NCBI GenBank assembly: GCA_004764695.1
Contig: SMSO01000035.1
Span: forward strand, 1,860,001 to 1,924,000
Reading direction: 5' to 3'
Length of the DNA: 64,000 nt
Source: Schizochytrium sp. TIO01
Lineage: Eukaryota; Protista; Bigyra: Labyrinthulomycetes
The notes below the pieces were generated by a model. That model was given only the letters and a program-made list of their open reading frames with translations. It made no database searches and was not told the DNA's origin. Of the stretch, positions 44,729 to 57,900 are shown piece by piece. Positions within the stretch are counted from its first letter, which is position 1. Each line of letters opens with the position of its first letter. Made by a program: the position numbers and the translations under genes.

Positions 44729-45613
44729 ATGGCGAGTGCCCCTACCCGGGGCCGCGTGCTGGTCCTTGGCGACTCTGGCGTAGGCAAGACCTCCCTTGTG
44801 CATCGTCTTTGCCGGCATGAGCTGCTCGATGCGCCCCAGTGGACGGTCGGCTGCAACGTTGAAGTCCGTCTCATGCGCAAATCACAGCTGCTCAATGGGT
44901 CTACGTTGACGACATTCGGAAATCAAGTTATGGGAGGCAATGCAGGAATGAATTCTGATTACACTTCAATGGGCCTGAGCTCCAGCATCGGGGGGGCTTC
45001 TGTGGTTGCAGGAAATGGCGGCTCTGCGGACGACCTCTTCTTCGTGGAGTTCTTGGATGTGGGCTGCCACAAGAATCACGAAGCGAGTAGATCCATCTAT
45101 TATGAGCACGTGGACGGCATCATGCTGGTATACGACATGTCGAACTACAAGAGTTTTGAAAACTTGCGGAAATGGGTCGCAGAGGTCAAGCAGCAGGTTA
45201 AGCATAGCAATAGTAATACTCCAGCGCCGAGCAGAACGCAAGCGTCTACCGTGCCAGGGATCTATCAACGCAGTCACTCCTCAGGATTCAATTTAGGAGG
45301 GTTGCTGGGGAACATGTCTGGGTACAATTCGTCAGCAACTTCGCCGGCCACGCCTGTAGAGAAGCGAATCAATGATCTTCCTGTGATTGTTGTGGGAAAC
45401 AAACTCGATATTGTACGAGGTTGGCGCACGAATCGTATCCCAGATGTCTACAAATTGCTTGGATTCGAGACCGTGAATGTCTCGGCTCTGCAAGGTGGAG
45501 GAGATATAGACGATAAGATTGACCACTTCCTTCGCCAGGTAGTGGAATCGCGTGGTGCTTCAGAGCACTTTCCAGGCGAACTTTTCCAAATGAATGCTGG
45601 TTCTATCGTGTGA
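44729..45613 (+). CDS. Rab-like small GTPase (RABL3/LIP1-like)
   Basis: GDSGVGKTS, WTVGCNVEV, FFVEFLDVG, DGIMLVYD, VGNKLD. No prenylation Cys. Confidence 0.88.
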   Translation: MASAPTRGRVLVLGDSGVGKTSLVHRLCRHELLDAPQWTVGCNVEVRLMRKSQLLNGSTLTTFGNQVMGGNAGMNSDYTSMGLSSSIGGASVVAGNGGSADDLFFVEFLDVGCHKNHEASRSIYYEHVDGIMLVYDMSNYKSFENLRKWVAEVKQQVKHSNSNTPAPSRTQASTVPGIYQRSHSSGFNLGGLLGNMSGYNSSATSPATPVEKRINDLPVIVVGNKLDIVRGWRTNRIPDVYKLLGFETVNVSALQGGGDIDDKIDHFLRQVVESRGASEHFPGELFQMNAGSIV

Positions 45614-46510
45614 CGCACAGTAGATAGATGCCTCGATACCATATAAATTTTGACATTTACCACTCATGCGTGTATACTTCTACATGTCTACCTGCTTCTA
45701 CATGTCTACCTGCTTCTTGCTGTCTCCTCTCTGTGCAAAGCAATCATGCTTTGAATTCCTGTTTTCTGGACCTAGCCTGCATATTGTTTGTTCATTTCAA
45801 AACCCTTTTTGTACTCTATTTCTATTCTGTACTCCGTTGAATCTGTCGTAAGTAATAGTCAATCTAACAGTTACATCACCTCAAATCAAATACAATTATT
45901 TCTCAATTAGCTCTTTGTTTTATATTTGATTGTTTCCAACTTGGTGTCAATTCTATAGATCAATGTCACCTCACTCCTTACTTCTTTCTGTTTCTAAATG
46001 GATGCGATGTGAGTTACTTGCTCGATAGGAACTGTATATGTGTCAAATCACAAGGAAAATATTCTTTTTCCTGGGATATCGTCTTTTGTCTACGAAACAT
46101 CTCAAACTTGAAGAAAAAGCATTGCGGATGTCAGATCATACTCTAGCCAAGTGTTTATTTACATCATTTGTTTAAGAACAATCGTTTAGAACCTGATGGT
46201 TTTCAACAAATCCAACGATTCAATCGATTGCATCATTTCGTGTAGTCGTCAATTCATCAACTTCTACTTTGGTTACGCGCATCTAGAATTTGTATCCTGC
46301 TTAGTTTCCACGCGCTAGGCATTCTTTATTAGCAATACCGTGTACAGGCCTTTTGTCTAGTATATCTGGCCAGGAGTCTGCCAAATTGTCCAACGAGACT
46401 CCCTCCGGCTGATCTTTAAATGAGGACAGATAAAAATCTTTATCATTTTAAAAACACAAAATAATATACTACAAGACAGCTCCAAATTCTAAACAGCGTG
46501 GAGCGAAACC

Positions 46511-48429
46511 ATGCTGGCAAGGCGCTGGGTCCTCGTCTTGGTGACAGCTGCGGTGCTCGCTGCTGTCTTTGTGGCCTCCTGTGCCGCTGATTCCCCTTTA
46601 AAGGAGTCATCTTCACAACGGCAAGATCGCAAAACTGAGATTTCTCATGGCGGCCATGACAGCACTGAACGCCACGCAGATACTGACGGAGACGCCCATG
46701 GAAGCCCTGACGTAGATTACACAGACACTGCAGAAGAGAGTATCGACACGAGTGATCATGACGATAAGAAGGCTAATGTGAATGTTAACGTGGACGAAGG
46801 TGGGAATAGAAAATATGTGGGTCACGGTGGCAAACAAGAGCCGAGGAAGGCTTGGCTCTCATGGAAATCTGGAGCGAGCCAAGGAGGCTTAGCGAAAGCC
46901 CCAATTTCACCAGTGGAGACAGAACGAGCTGTGGCCCAGGTCATTGAGGTGCACTCGGACTTTGCATCCCTCCAAGCCGTGCAAGAGAAGATTAACTTTG
47001 GCCTTCACATGGTACGTCAGATAATGCAGATGAATGGTGCAAATGGAAGGAATTGCTTTTTGCTTATCTCAAGTTTTTTACAGAAGGCTGAGATAACTGA
47101 TCATACAAGGGGATCCTGTGCCAAACATTGGTCGCCTCTAAAGCTGCATTCATTGATAGTGATTCCGGATTACTGACATCTTACTAACCTTGTGTGCTTT
47201 TTCCTAATGTATGAACCTTGCCATTCACTCTGCTTTCGGCGTTCAATAATTAATCTATGTATTTCATATGGCTGTTGTGTGTTTGAATGTGGCTGAACAC
47301 GTCGAATCTACTGTACTTCTGGACTTGCACATCAAACTGATTGTATATGTGACCTTTTGTCGAACAGCCCATGACCTCCGCTGGTGGAGAACCCTATGTC
47401 TGCTTCGCATCACAAGAACTTAGTGACGCGGAGGCTAGGCAAGATAATGGAACAGATGAGGATTCCGACAAAGAGGATACCCTTCAAGAAATTGAGAAGA
47501 ACCTTGCGGCTCTGCGGGGTCTATGCTTCTTAAAACGTGCCAAGTACTGGACATTTAAAGTATGTCCTTTTGATCACATAGAACAGAACCACTACGAGGG
47601 TAAAGACGCAACGATTTCGTTAAGCTTAGGAGAGATTGTAAGCACTCAGTACACCAAATTAGAGAATGGGGATAGCGCATGGGTTCAAACTTTTACAAAA
47701 GGTACTGAAAATAGAGAAACAAAGCTTACGATTAAGTGTCGCGCCGATAACGTTAACTTTGCTATCGATGCCATCTACGAACCCAAAACGTTTGTTTATG
47801 AAATTCTAGCATATTCTGCTCTGGCCTGTGCATCAAGCCCAGAGCTCCAAGCTCAGCAACTTCTAGCTCCGATTCAGGGTCAATGCTTTCAACGTGTTGA
47901 AGGTTGGTGGACATACGAACTTTGTGTCGGCAAGCATCTGCGGCAATTCCATCAGTATAAGGATGGGCGGACAACAGAATATATCCTTGGTGAATTTGAT
48001 CACCAAGCCAACCGTAAATTGCATGAAGAGGCAGACGTTCTGGTAACGGACCGCCACACCAGCCGTCCTTACTATTTGCAGAAGTATTCAGATGGAACCC
48101 CTTGTGACCTGCGATCCAATCATCGCCGATCTGCAGAAGTGCATTTTCTGTGCAACCCTCAAGCAACTGTATCTATCCATACTGCAACAGATGCTGCTGG
48201 CTCTCCTGTAACACTGCCTACAACATTGCTTTCTATTACGGAAAGTCCCACTTGCTATTATGTTGTCAAAGTCCAGTCTCCCCTGTTATGCCCCCACTCC
48301 TTTTTCAATGAACAAGAGTCTCGTACGCGTGGTGTATTAGCGCGTTTGCACTGCCTTCCTCAGAAGGAAGTCACAGATGTTCGAACATCATCAGAAAAGA
48401 AGGTTTCGTCTGCATCCTCAAGCATTTAG
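46511..48429 (+). CDS. ER lectin ERLEC1/XTP3-B (OS9 family), two MRH domains; exons 46511-47011 and 47368-48429
   Basis: Signal peptide in exon 1. Phase-0 GTACGT...CAG intron. CFLKRAKYWTFKVC..IEQNH and CFQRVEGWWTYELC..LRQFH..DGTPCDL..ESPTCYY. Confidence 0.88.
47012..47367 (+). other. Spliceosomal intron (356 nt)
   Basis: ATG|GTACGT...AACAG|CCC joins the two ORFs in frame. Confidence 0.75.
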
Positions 48430-48508
48430 TATGTTTTTGTTTTTTTTGTAGGTTTTAATTTACCCCTGTCCGATATAGATTGCATATCAAGTAAACCTAT
48501 ATGCTTTT

Positions 48509-49573
48509 CTATCGCATTGAATAACAAACAATTGCATTAACACCGCTGTCACCCGGCACAGGCCATACCTCAAATTTCCATTGTTCGGCATCTAGGTATC
48601 TAGTCCGTAAACTTGGGTCTACATTGGTGACAAAGATATATACACCACATTTGGAAAGAATTCTGTGCACAGCACGAAAGAATGCGCGCAAAGTTTGGAC
48701 ACTGCGGGCAGCTGTACAGACACAATCAACAAGGCCTTTTGAAACAACAACATCGAACAGCTTGACAACGTTGTTAGGGTCGGTTATACCATGGGCTAAT
48801 TCATTTTTATCTCTGTCACGTTTGTGGGCTCTTTCGTTTTTCTTCTCCAAAGACTGCTCCGCTTTGAGTAGCTCCATAGTGCTTTCCTGCAAAGATCGCA
48901 CATCCAATCGTGCAAATTTAACCGGAGGATTTAATTTACTAAATTTCTGTTCCAAAGTATGTATTGCGAAATTACTGACGTCGGTACAGTACACAACTTC
49001 AGCGTTAGTTCGCATTTTAATAAAAGTTGCAAGTGGAGCTAAACCACATCCTAGTTCGAGAACTCGTGAAGATGCATTTATTTTGCTCGTCAAAAGAGGC
49101 CCAAGATCCTCTGTTACGCAATATGTTGGAGGACAGCGATCTATCTTATCTAGGTCCATGTCTCTTTCATGGCGGTTCTCCCAATAAGTCGAATCTGCGG
49201 AATAGTGTGGAAGCTCTTTGACAAAACCTGGAATTATTCTGCTTTCGATGCTTGTGTCCCGACGTGCACTTACACGAGCACTACTTCGTCGGCTTCCTTC
49301 GCTACGAGCAGAATTCTGACGACGGTTTGAGTTCTGACGATGTTTGTGATCATGTAGGCTTGTTGTACTCGTCGCTGATGTGGAGCCCTGCAAAGTCGCC
49401 ACACCAGATGCATCCGGAAGTTTTATGCTTGATTGAGCTCTAAGCTTTGGGGAAAGATGCCCCTCCTGCTTCAGAGCCCACAATATATCATTCTTGTTCT
49501 TTATACTTGTATTAAGTTTTAACTTCGGCAAGTCTATTTCTGCTCTTATCTTGTCTTTCTCTGTTGTCGCCAT
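48509..49573 (-). CDS. Class I SAM-dependent methyltransferase (EEF1AKMT4/METTL13-N-like)
   Basis: YWENRH, VLELGCG, CTDVS, LDVR, FDVVVSKGLVDCV. First ATG at 49573. Confidence 0.85.
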   Translation of the reverse strand: MATTEKDKIRAEIDLPKLKLNTSIKNKNDILWALKQEGHLSPKLRAQSSIKLPDASGVATLQGSTSATSTTSLHDHKHRQNSNRRQNSARSEGSRRSSARVSARRDTSIESRIIPGFVKELPHYSADSTYWENRHERDMDLDKIDRCPPTYCVTEDLGPLLTSKINASSRVLELGCGLAPLATFIKMRTNAEVVYCTDVSNFAIHTLEQKFSKLNPPVKFARLDVRSLQESTMELLKAEQSLEKKNERAHKRDRDKNELAHGITDPNNVVKLFDVVVSKGLVDCVCTAARSVQTLRAFFRAVHRILSKCGVYIFVTNVDPSLRTRYLDAEQWKFEVWPVPGDSGVNAIVCYSMR

Positions 49574-49961
49574 GAGATTTAATAGTCTCGCTGTCAATGC
49601 TTCCTCTCTGTGCTCCTGCAGCCAAGGTACGCCTGTTAAGCAACTATGGGCCTGGCACAACTATACGCACCATCGATATTCTGTAAATGTGAATAGTGAA
49701 TAAAAAGCTATTGAACATCATGGTTTTAAATTAGGTAAAGAATACTGCCGCCCTTGTCTTCAACGAGCCGTTGAAAGGAAGCAGGTCATTTATGACCACT
49801 CTCAAAAATTCAACTATGAAAAGGTCTAGAAGCGATTTACAAATCATAACCTTAGTTCGTGGGTCTTGGAAGGAGACGGTGACCAACGTACAAAATTAAC
49901 CCTTCCAATAAAAGTGGTTTCAGTGTTGGCATAAATCAGTTGGTCAAATGGACGGCCTGAT

Positions 49962-52900
49962 TCAGGTGCGCGATGGGCTTGCACTAGAAATCCAGCGACT
50001 CCATATCGACGTCGATGCGGAGAGCCCCTGGTCCTGCTGCTGCTGGGTATACTGGGCAAGTTCTGGATTCGGATGATTTTGGCGGTTAGATGTGCTGTTT
50101 GAATATCGCGCTAATCCTTGGCCTTGATGGGTGGGTCTTTGAACTCCAGTCATTTCTTCCTTCTCTGCTTGGGCACGGAAATTGGCCTCAAATTCTCGTG
50201 CCTTTTCCTGGGTCCGCTGAATAACACCACGTTGGTACTCATTTAGCTCAAGACGTAACATAGCAATTTCCTCTACCATACTCAAAAGTAGGGTATCCGC
50301 GCTAGTTTGTGCTTCTGAAGAACGAGATTCGGTACTTTTACTTTGAATGCCAGCTCTTTGAGCATCTCTTCGCAATGAGTGTGCACGAATCGTGTGGTGG
50401 TCGAGAATGACTTTTTGCAGCAGCTTGTCTGAATCATCAAGAGCAGCAAGAGGGTGATGAAGATATAAATCAGACTCAATCTTGTTTTGATCATCAAAAC
50501 CTGGCATTATATGATCCTCAGAAACGCCATTTGCCATTGATCGTGCACTACGCCGACGGATCAGAGATTCAGCTGAGCTATCTTTGCACCGCTGATAAAG
50601 TTTGCTAACATTACGGAAGACATCTACAGAAACTGATGCGCTCGGCACTGGTTGAGCAAACTCGTTATGCGAAGAACTCTGAAGATTACTGAGCTCCTCT
50701 TGAAGAGCCTCAATTTCTCGCCCCCATAGTACAGCGTTGCGGGATTCGGGGTAGAGAGACAAACGAGACCTATACCATTCTAATCGGCGTGAAAGAGTTA
50801 CCCTTCGATCTTCAACTAGGCTGACATCTGCTGAAACCTGATTCGCAATATTAGACAAACTCTCCGAAGGAGGACCTTCGCCGTTGTTGAGATGGTCAGT
50901 TTGAGTAAGACCAGGCAGGTCAAACTTTGATATTGTTTGCTTAGCAATTATAGCAGGTGGAGGGCCGTGTTCCTTTGAGAAAGAATTATCTTCCGATCGC
51001 GCGACAAGATGTAGATTTCTGGACAATCGATTCTCGGGAACACCAGTAACTCTTTTAACAAAAGGTGACTGAGGCGCAGCTTGCCGTTGTCGGGATGGAA
51101 TGCTTCCCGTGTCTCCCGTTGGTATTTTAGAGGGTTCTTGTTTTAGTGTAGTAGAACTCGGAACATAGATCGGCCCAACAACCATATCCACTTTTGCAGT
51201 TTTAATTGAAGGCTTTGACGGATTCTTAGGGTGCTCGTCGTTCGTGAGCTCAGTAAGAGCAGGGGATGTTTGAGCGGAACCTGCATAGTCACTAAATAAG
51301 CCTGGTTCATCATTAGAGTGTGTTCTTGTTTCCTCGTCTGAAAGCTGTATGGCGAGGTACTGAGGGTACACTACACCCTCATCAGAAGAAGCCATATTCT
51401 CCACATCCGAGCTACCTCTCCCGTTAGCTTTGGCGACATGCGTATCTTGCTTGTTTACTAATTCAGACACAGTTTCTAAAGTGGCCGACGAGGATGTTGT
51501 TGGCTCTTGAAAAGATGCGTTCCCAGGAGGTAAACTTGAAGGTATTCCCTGTAATAGTTTTTCAATTCGATTTATAGCTTCTTCACGAGACATTATCTCT
51601 TCAAAAATGGGTGCTCCAACAATTGGCGACCGTAATGTATCAAAAAGGATGCGAAATGACTCTATGTAAGCCTGATCTAGTTGACCGTACGGAAAGCTTG
51701 GAAGAGGACGAAGATACACTTTTAAGGAGTTCACCACAAGACCTGCGAGAGATTGGCAGAACTCCAAACATTGCGAATCTGTCGTCCCCACCTTTTCATA
51801 GAGAGCCACTACTAGTTGGAGTACATACGCCCTTTCAATAGGCAGTGACGATACAATTCGAGCTGCTGCTTGCACAGTGGCATGGGAGTTTGACTTATCG
51901 AGATCAAGGCTCGTCAACTTGTCAATGGCAATTTGATATCGATAGAAAATGTCATCATCGATAAGGCCTGGTTCAATGCGAGAAAGGCTCCACGCAAGAA
52001 GTCCAGCAACCAGTTCAACAGAACAATTACGAAAATTTGGTCGAGAGTTCGAAAGTATACGCTCCTGCAAACCCTTACATTTTTCTTGGTCGGATTCGCT
52101 CAGTCGTCTAAACAAAGTTGACATCGATACTGCTTTGGCATCAAAGAGGTAGCGGCACGCTTGAACTGCAGTTTGTAGTTCTCTAAACTCAGATTTACCT
52201 AAATGCGACGAAACATTGTCTATCTCGGAGACCCCCTCATACCCTGAGAGCGAAGCAAAGTTAAGACCAGGGTCACTTGGCCGTCGTCCATGGTCTAAGG
52301 AATTAATTGAATGGGTTTCGCTGGAGTCATCGTTACGTTTCTTCCCCCTAAATGCCGAGAATGATGGTCGAAACGTAAGGCGTTTTCGCAAGGAATTAAA
52401 CGAAGAAACACTACGGTCGCTACTTACTGAAAAGGAGTCCAGGGCAGCATCGTTCTTGGCCCCAAGAGGGCGGGGAAAGGTATCGCGAACCTGTGCAGCA
52501 AATCTGCATACGCCACTGGCGAGTGCTGAAACAATAAGAGCTTGAAGAGCATTCCAGAGTATCGTTTCATCCCGCTGTGATGCAGGGCAGATGTAAAGTG
52601 TTGCTCCAACCTCTTTGAGATCTTCTCGCTTGAGATGCGAGCCTTTGACAGCAATACAAAAAGGGTAGGCCGAGTCTTGCTTTTTATTGCTTTCGCGTTC
52701 TAATTGAACATCCTGCCCCATGATGTTCATTTCGCCTACGTATTTTGTATCTTGTTCGCTCCTAAAGTACCGCAAGACGCAGTGCCCTTTACTGTTGACA
52801 CCGACTTCTACCCACTGTCTTTTAGATGAAGATCGCTTGTGAGTATCTCTGTGAAAAGAATGTAATATCCAAGCTAGTTAGTTTGCAAGACCAGACCACA

Positions 52901-53088
52901 AAAAATGAGTTGACTTGAACTTACCTCCAGAATGGTGCTCTCAATCCACGCACTGCTGCAATTGTTTGTCTAAAACCAGAGATTGAGAAAGTCTCACCCG
53001 AGTTGGCAGCTTCGGGGTTCCATTCCCGCTGCTGTTGCCGCAGCTGTTCTTGTTGATAATGATCGTCTTTAAGCAAGCTTTCAGACAT
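49962..53088 (-). CDS. PH domain + divergent RhoGAP domain protein; exons 53088-52925 and 52848-49962
   Basis: Intron removal gives MSESLL...KRQWVEV..VLRYFRSE..VGEMNI..LYICPASQRDETILWNAL (PH). STLFRR..VELVAGLLAWSLSRIEPGLI is RhoGAP-like. Coiled-coil tail. Confidence 0.75.
52849..52924 (-). other. Spliceosomal intron (76 nt)
   Basis: GTAAGTTCAA...CTAACTAG...TTCACAG with a CTAAC branch-point match. In-frame join (AG|A). Confidence 0.75.
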
Positions 53089-53871
53089 ATTGCACCCAAT
53101 ATTATAGCCTCGAGCGGCTTTGTTGTTGGAGTTTCACAAAAGGCAATGGTCGAGACGCCCTGCTCAGGCGTACTAGAGATTGTTTCTAAAGGAAGCAGTG
53201 AACTTGGCGTCCGCAATGCCGACAATGCTGGAGTTCAAAGTATGCACCTGCACTGACTGTGCAAGAAAGTGTATGAAGAAACTAGCCTCAGGTCTGCAGC
53301 CGACCAGGGATCTTTCCAGCCAACTTAGCCTGGGCTGGGACGCGCCCAGAGACCTAGAGGCCTCTAGAGGCGACGGGAAATGGGTGTTTGGACTACTGCG
53401 CTGCACGGACGGAGTCCCTTCAGTCTTTATCGTCTTGATTATTATTAGTTCTTTTGGCCTATGTGTCAGTACTCCCTTGGTTAATAGAGAATTAACAAAA
53501 ACCTTTTATTTTCCTTAAGCAAAGAAAAAGGTTTTTAGGTTTTGTACAACTGAGTATGCCTATGCATATTATGTATAGGTCTAAATATTATTATTAATTT
53601 TTAAGTAAAATAATAAAAACAATGAAAAAATGAAAAACAAAGATAGAAATGAGATTCCAATCTGGGCTATTGCTTCAGCTCCTGATGATGTCTTAGCACT
53701 TAAAGAGCGAACTCACAAAGGAGTCATCACAATCTCAGTGCACATTATGTACAAAGTTTGTTTTACTGAAGGATACTAGCTTACAGTTTCCTATTGATCG
53801 GTGAAGACATCTTGAATTTGTCTGATCTGATTTTTTCAATGTAATATAAAAACAAGGCGACTCATTTCCTC

Positions 53872-53910
<39 letters not shown>
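53872..53910. repeat. (TAT)13 microsatellite
   Basis: Direct reading. Confidence 0.9.
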
Positions 53911-53911
<1 letters not shown>

Positions 53912-54950
53912 AGTAAACTATTTTTAAACGGGAAGAGCTGTTTCTATAAGTTTCTGCCTAGGATGTGCTCAATATTTCCCCTTCCTGACTGTCCTTTTCA
54001 GAAGCCACACTCACAAGAGTATATATCTGCCAAGTCAGTTGTTAGCTAGCTATGTTCAAGTTTCTAGTTTGCAAGCCCAAACTCAGGTAATACTAGAGGT
54101 CAAGCGAAGCCTCTGCGAGACCAAGTCTATCGATGAGTTAGTAAAAATGTAGGAGAAAATGGAAAACAAACAGAGATACATAAGAGACTAGCTAGAAAAA
54201 TAAATGTGTGGCTGGCTACTAACAACAAAGGGGACGGTCCATTAGGCATGATTTCTCGCGCCTCGCATGAAAAGGTGGATACGTGCCTGCACGTATGGGG
54301 TGCAGATGAAACTTGGTAAGAGCAAGAGATTACCTGCATGGAACTAAATGAACATATTGATACTTTATAACGATGCTGATGGATTTAATTTCGGTCCATA
54401 GAACGAAATTAAGAAAGGAGATCTTTCGTACCTCTTGGCTACAGACAATGACAGCGAGCAATTGATGATACATGTCTCAGAGAAACAATCGCATGGTCAC
54501 ACGAGTGGTTCTAGTTTAGAATAATCATTTGCATAGACATTGATAGCTTGCCCATGCAGTAGTGGTGAACACAAATGCGTGAGGCTTTAGGTATTCGTAC
54601 CATCAACTGGTAACGGAGGGGCTCAGGGAGCGTAAAGAGACTTGTATTTCGGAAGGAAATCAGAAGACTCTAAATTTAGCCTATGATAGTCATGTTGGAA
54701 CGTGAACAAACTGAAGTGATATTCACAAGAGCTACTACTATGCAGACTTTTTCCCACTCTTCGTCAGTGGTGTCAACTTTCTTCGTGAACAGAACGAAGA
54801 AAGAACCAGTCTAATTAATGTTGTCCACTTGAGCATATGACAGTTTCATCACAAAGACAATATTCTCCCGATACTTTGATGAATCTGTTTGTGTGGGAGT
54901 CCTTAAATAGTATAGATGCGAAAGTTGGACTTCAATTTGCCTATGGAAGC

Positions 54951-57900
54951 TTAGATCCGTGGCAAGGTAGGCAGCTGATTGGAGTTTAGATTTTTCATGG
55001 AGGCAACGTTGGAGTGCTCATTGGCAAAGTGCTCGTCAATGCCAAATGCGTTGGCGTAAACTGGGTTGCGAAGGATGGAGTAAGAAGTCAAGCCGCTAAC
55101 AATTCCACGCCGCTTAGCATAGCTGATAGGCGGGTGTAAGTTGACCCGTGTAACCTGGTTCTTATTGACAAAGCCGCATGACATAATGTTCAAAGCTGCA
55201 ACAGTGAATTTCCGGAATCGCGTGGAAATGTGCACCAGAATAAGACACCCAACGTAGATAACGAGAGTACCGACGAGGGGGATGATGAAAGGTAGGGTCA
55301 TTCGATAGCTTATTTCGCTGCGGAAAGAGTCGTCGTCACTAGATGTGCGAAAAATAAAGTTGACAGCGTTGCCAAACCAGCCAGTATCTTCGGTATCATC
55401 GTCTGATGGGAACCAAAACATGCCCGGCGTTGAGTACATCCAGATTGCAAAAGCAAGGTTTGGGATAATTGCAAAAAGGAGGGTGCTAGAAGCAAAATTA
55501 GTCCAAATACGACCATCGTATCGTGGGGGAATCCTGTAGAATCTCAGCAGAAAGAATTTGTCCGTCCAGTAGTACACTGCAAAGGCTATCATGGCGATAG
55601 GGTAGAGAATGGGAATGCCTGGGCCATACAGAAAGGTTACAAACACAGTCATGAGGTTCTGTGCAATGCGGTAATGCAAAAGAAAAGTTGGACCAGTAAA
55701 CCATTCATTGAGCTCACGTTGCGAAGATGCCTTATGGCAACGCCGATTCCTCGTAATTAAAACTGTTGAGAGGTAACCAATCAGAACAAAGAGCTGCGGT
55801 GCAAACGTATTAATAAGCATGATGAAGATGACCTGTAAACCGACATCAGCATACCATGTCGTTGTGAAATCGGTATAGCCATCAAGTCCAGAGAGTCGAT
55901 TAATGAAGCCAAGACCAATCAGGCTCCAGTCTTCGTTGACTAAGAAAATTACCAAACCAGTGTTAAAGACCAACGTGAGAAAAATACGCCGTGAGAGAGA
56001 AATTTGCATAGGAATGAGGGAATGGTGTTTCTCAAAGTTTACAAACATAGACATTTGAAAACGAATGAAAAAGTTCGTCGCAGCAATGATAATTGAAAGC
56101 ATGAAGGTATATCCGAAGAGGGGTGCTTTATTTTTCCAAAACTCATAGCACTCATCGGATGGATCGAGAGTCGCAGAAGCAACTTCAGAAAATGTAGATA
56201 GACCACATGCGCATTCGAGGAAGGCAGTTAACCAAGACTCATATACGGATTCCGACGTAAAATCACCAGAAAAAACTAAATCTGCGAACTCGGAAAGTGA
56301 AGTCACATTGCCTGGTAAAACACACTCCGTATCCGTTAATTCTTCTTTGACTACCTCACGGACTGTAGCAAATGCATTTGTGGCCACAATAGAAATAATC
56401 AAAATGCAGAATCCAACGAGTGTTGTGAACAGGCGGCGGCGAAACCGGTCCCAATAACCATAGTCGTAATTCTCCCAGATAATTGTTGACGGGGGCGGTG
56501 CAGGACGAACCCTTAGTGTTTTTTCGTGAAACAATGGTTGTTCACGCGCCATTCGGCGATCTGACATCAGATCAAGGCAGCGTAAGTAACCAACTTGAGT
56601 CTCGAAGGTGATAAAGGCCGTCACAGCACGGTCACCGGCATCTACATGGCGCAATTCCTCGTTAAGGTCTTCGTATTCAGCATATAATTTGTCATATTTG
56701 GAAACTACACGGCGCAGTTCGCCTTCAATTAGACCGAGTTTTTCTACACGCTTGACAAATGCCTTGCGCACACGTACAAAGGATAACAAGTCTTCAGGTT
56801 CAATACTGTGAACACCATAAGACTCGACAGACTCAGAACGGCGCACTGGGCTGACAGGCAAACTAGCTGTACCAACACTGCGACCTACAGAATGACGTAA
56901 CGACGAGCGGCTACCAAGGTTTAAGTCATCCTCTACAATTCGTCGGTGTTCAATAACAGCGGCCTCCATTGCCTCTGCTTCTGCGTTGGAGAACTTGTCC
57001 CGGATGTGATATACTTTGGATGCGGCTTTCCAGAGCTTATGAATGATGCGACCTCTTTTCATATAAAGACTAATCAGCTTACCACTATTATGGGCAACAA
57101 TGACCTCATGCACAGGCTCGCCGGTAACCTCTGTAAAATATCGCTTCAGCTCCGTCTCTGTGGTATCAGGCGGGGTTTTGACAACCTGCACAGTGTATTC
57201 GTCCACTGTGAGGGTAGTGCGGGAAATAGTATACCCTTCACGCGTCTCAAAAATCGTGAGATAGAACACTCCAATAGCAAATATGCCAACAGCCACCATA
57301 TTGGTTCCCATATAGAGATACCCTAAATTTTTCCGGTTGACTGCACAACTTTCATCACAGTCCATAAAAGGAGTGAGAATATTGAGACCAACATTAGAGA
57401 GCTGCTCGTCTGCAACTACAAGTGTCGAATTCAAATCAGCATTAGCAAGGCTGGAAAGCATTGTGGACTGAAAGCATCCAACGAAGGAGTCCAAGCTGTC
57501 CTCATAGGAAGCCATATTGATATACAGCTGCGGAGTTACAATGATGCTGAGGAAAAGAAACATGCAGGATAACCATTTGAGCCATTTAAAATATAGACTG
57601 ATGCCTGCGCCGTAGCGTGCTAGCTCGGATTCTGGTCCAGTGCCGCAAAATAGTAGGTTTCCTATGCGACCGAGGTCTGGGCAATGTCTTCCTGTATGCG
57701 TTCCGAAATATGAATATGGCTTACCTTCACGATTCCGAGGATGATGCAAGTCCATGTAAGCCTTAGCCCGGGCCAACGAAGGTTTTTGGAATTCAAGTTT
57801 CATACGATTCTCAAGGGTTTCCTGGAGATCGCGCTCGTTCTCCTCAGCCAGATCTTCCGCATCCAGCTCATGTACCATTTCATCAAGATCTACAGCGAAT

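Noticed and set aside
17921-52924. Identical GTAAGTTCAA donor in two introns
   Set aside because: GTAAGT is the standard consensus, and four extra shared bases in two introns is weak evidence.
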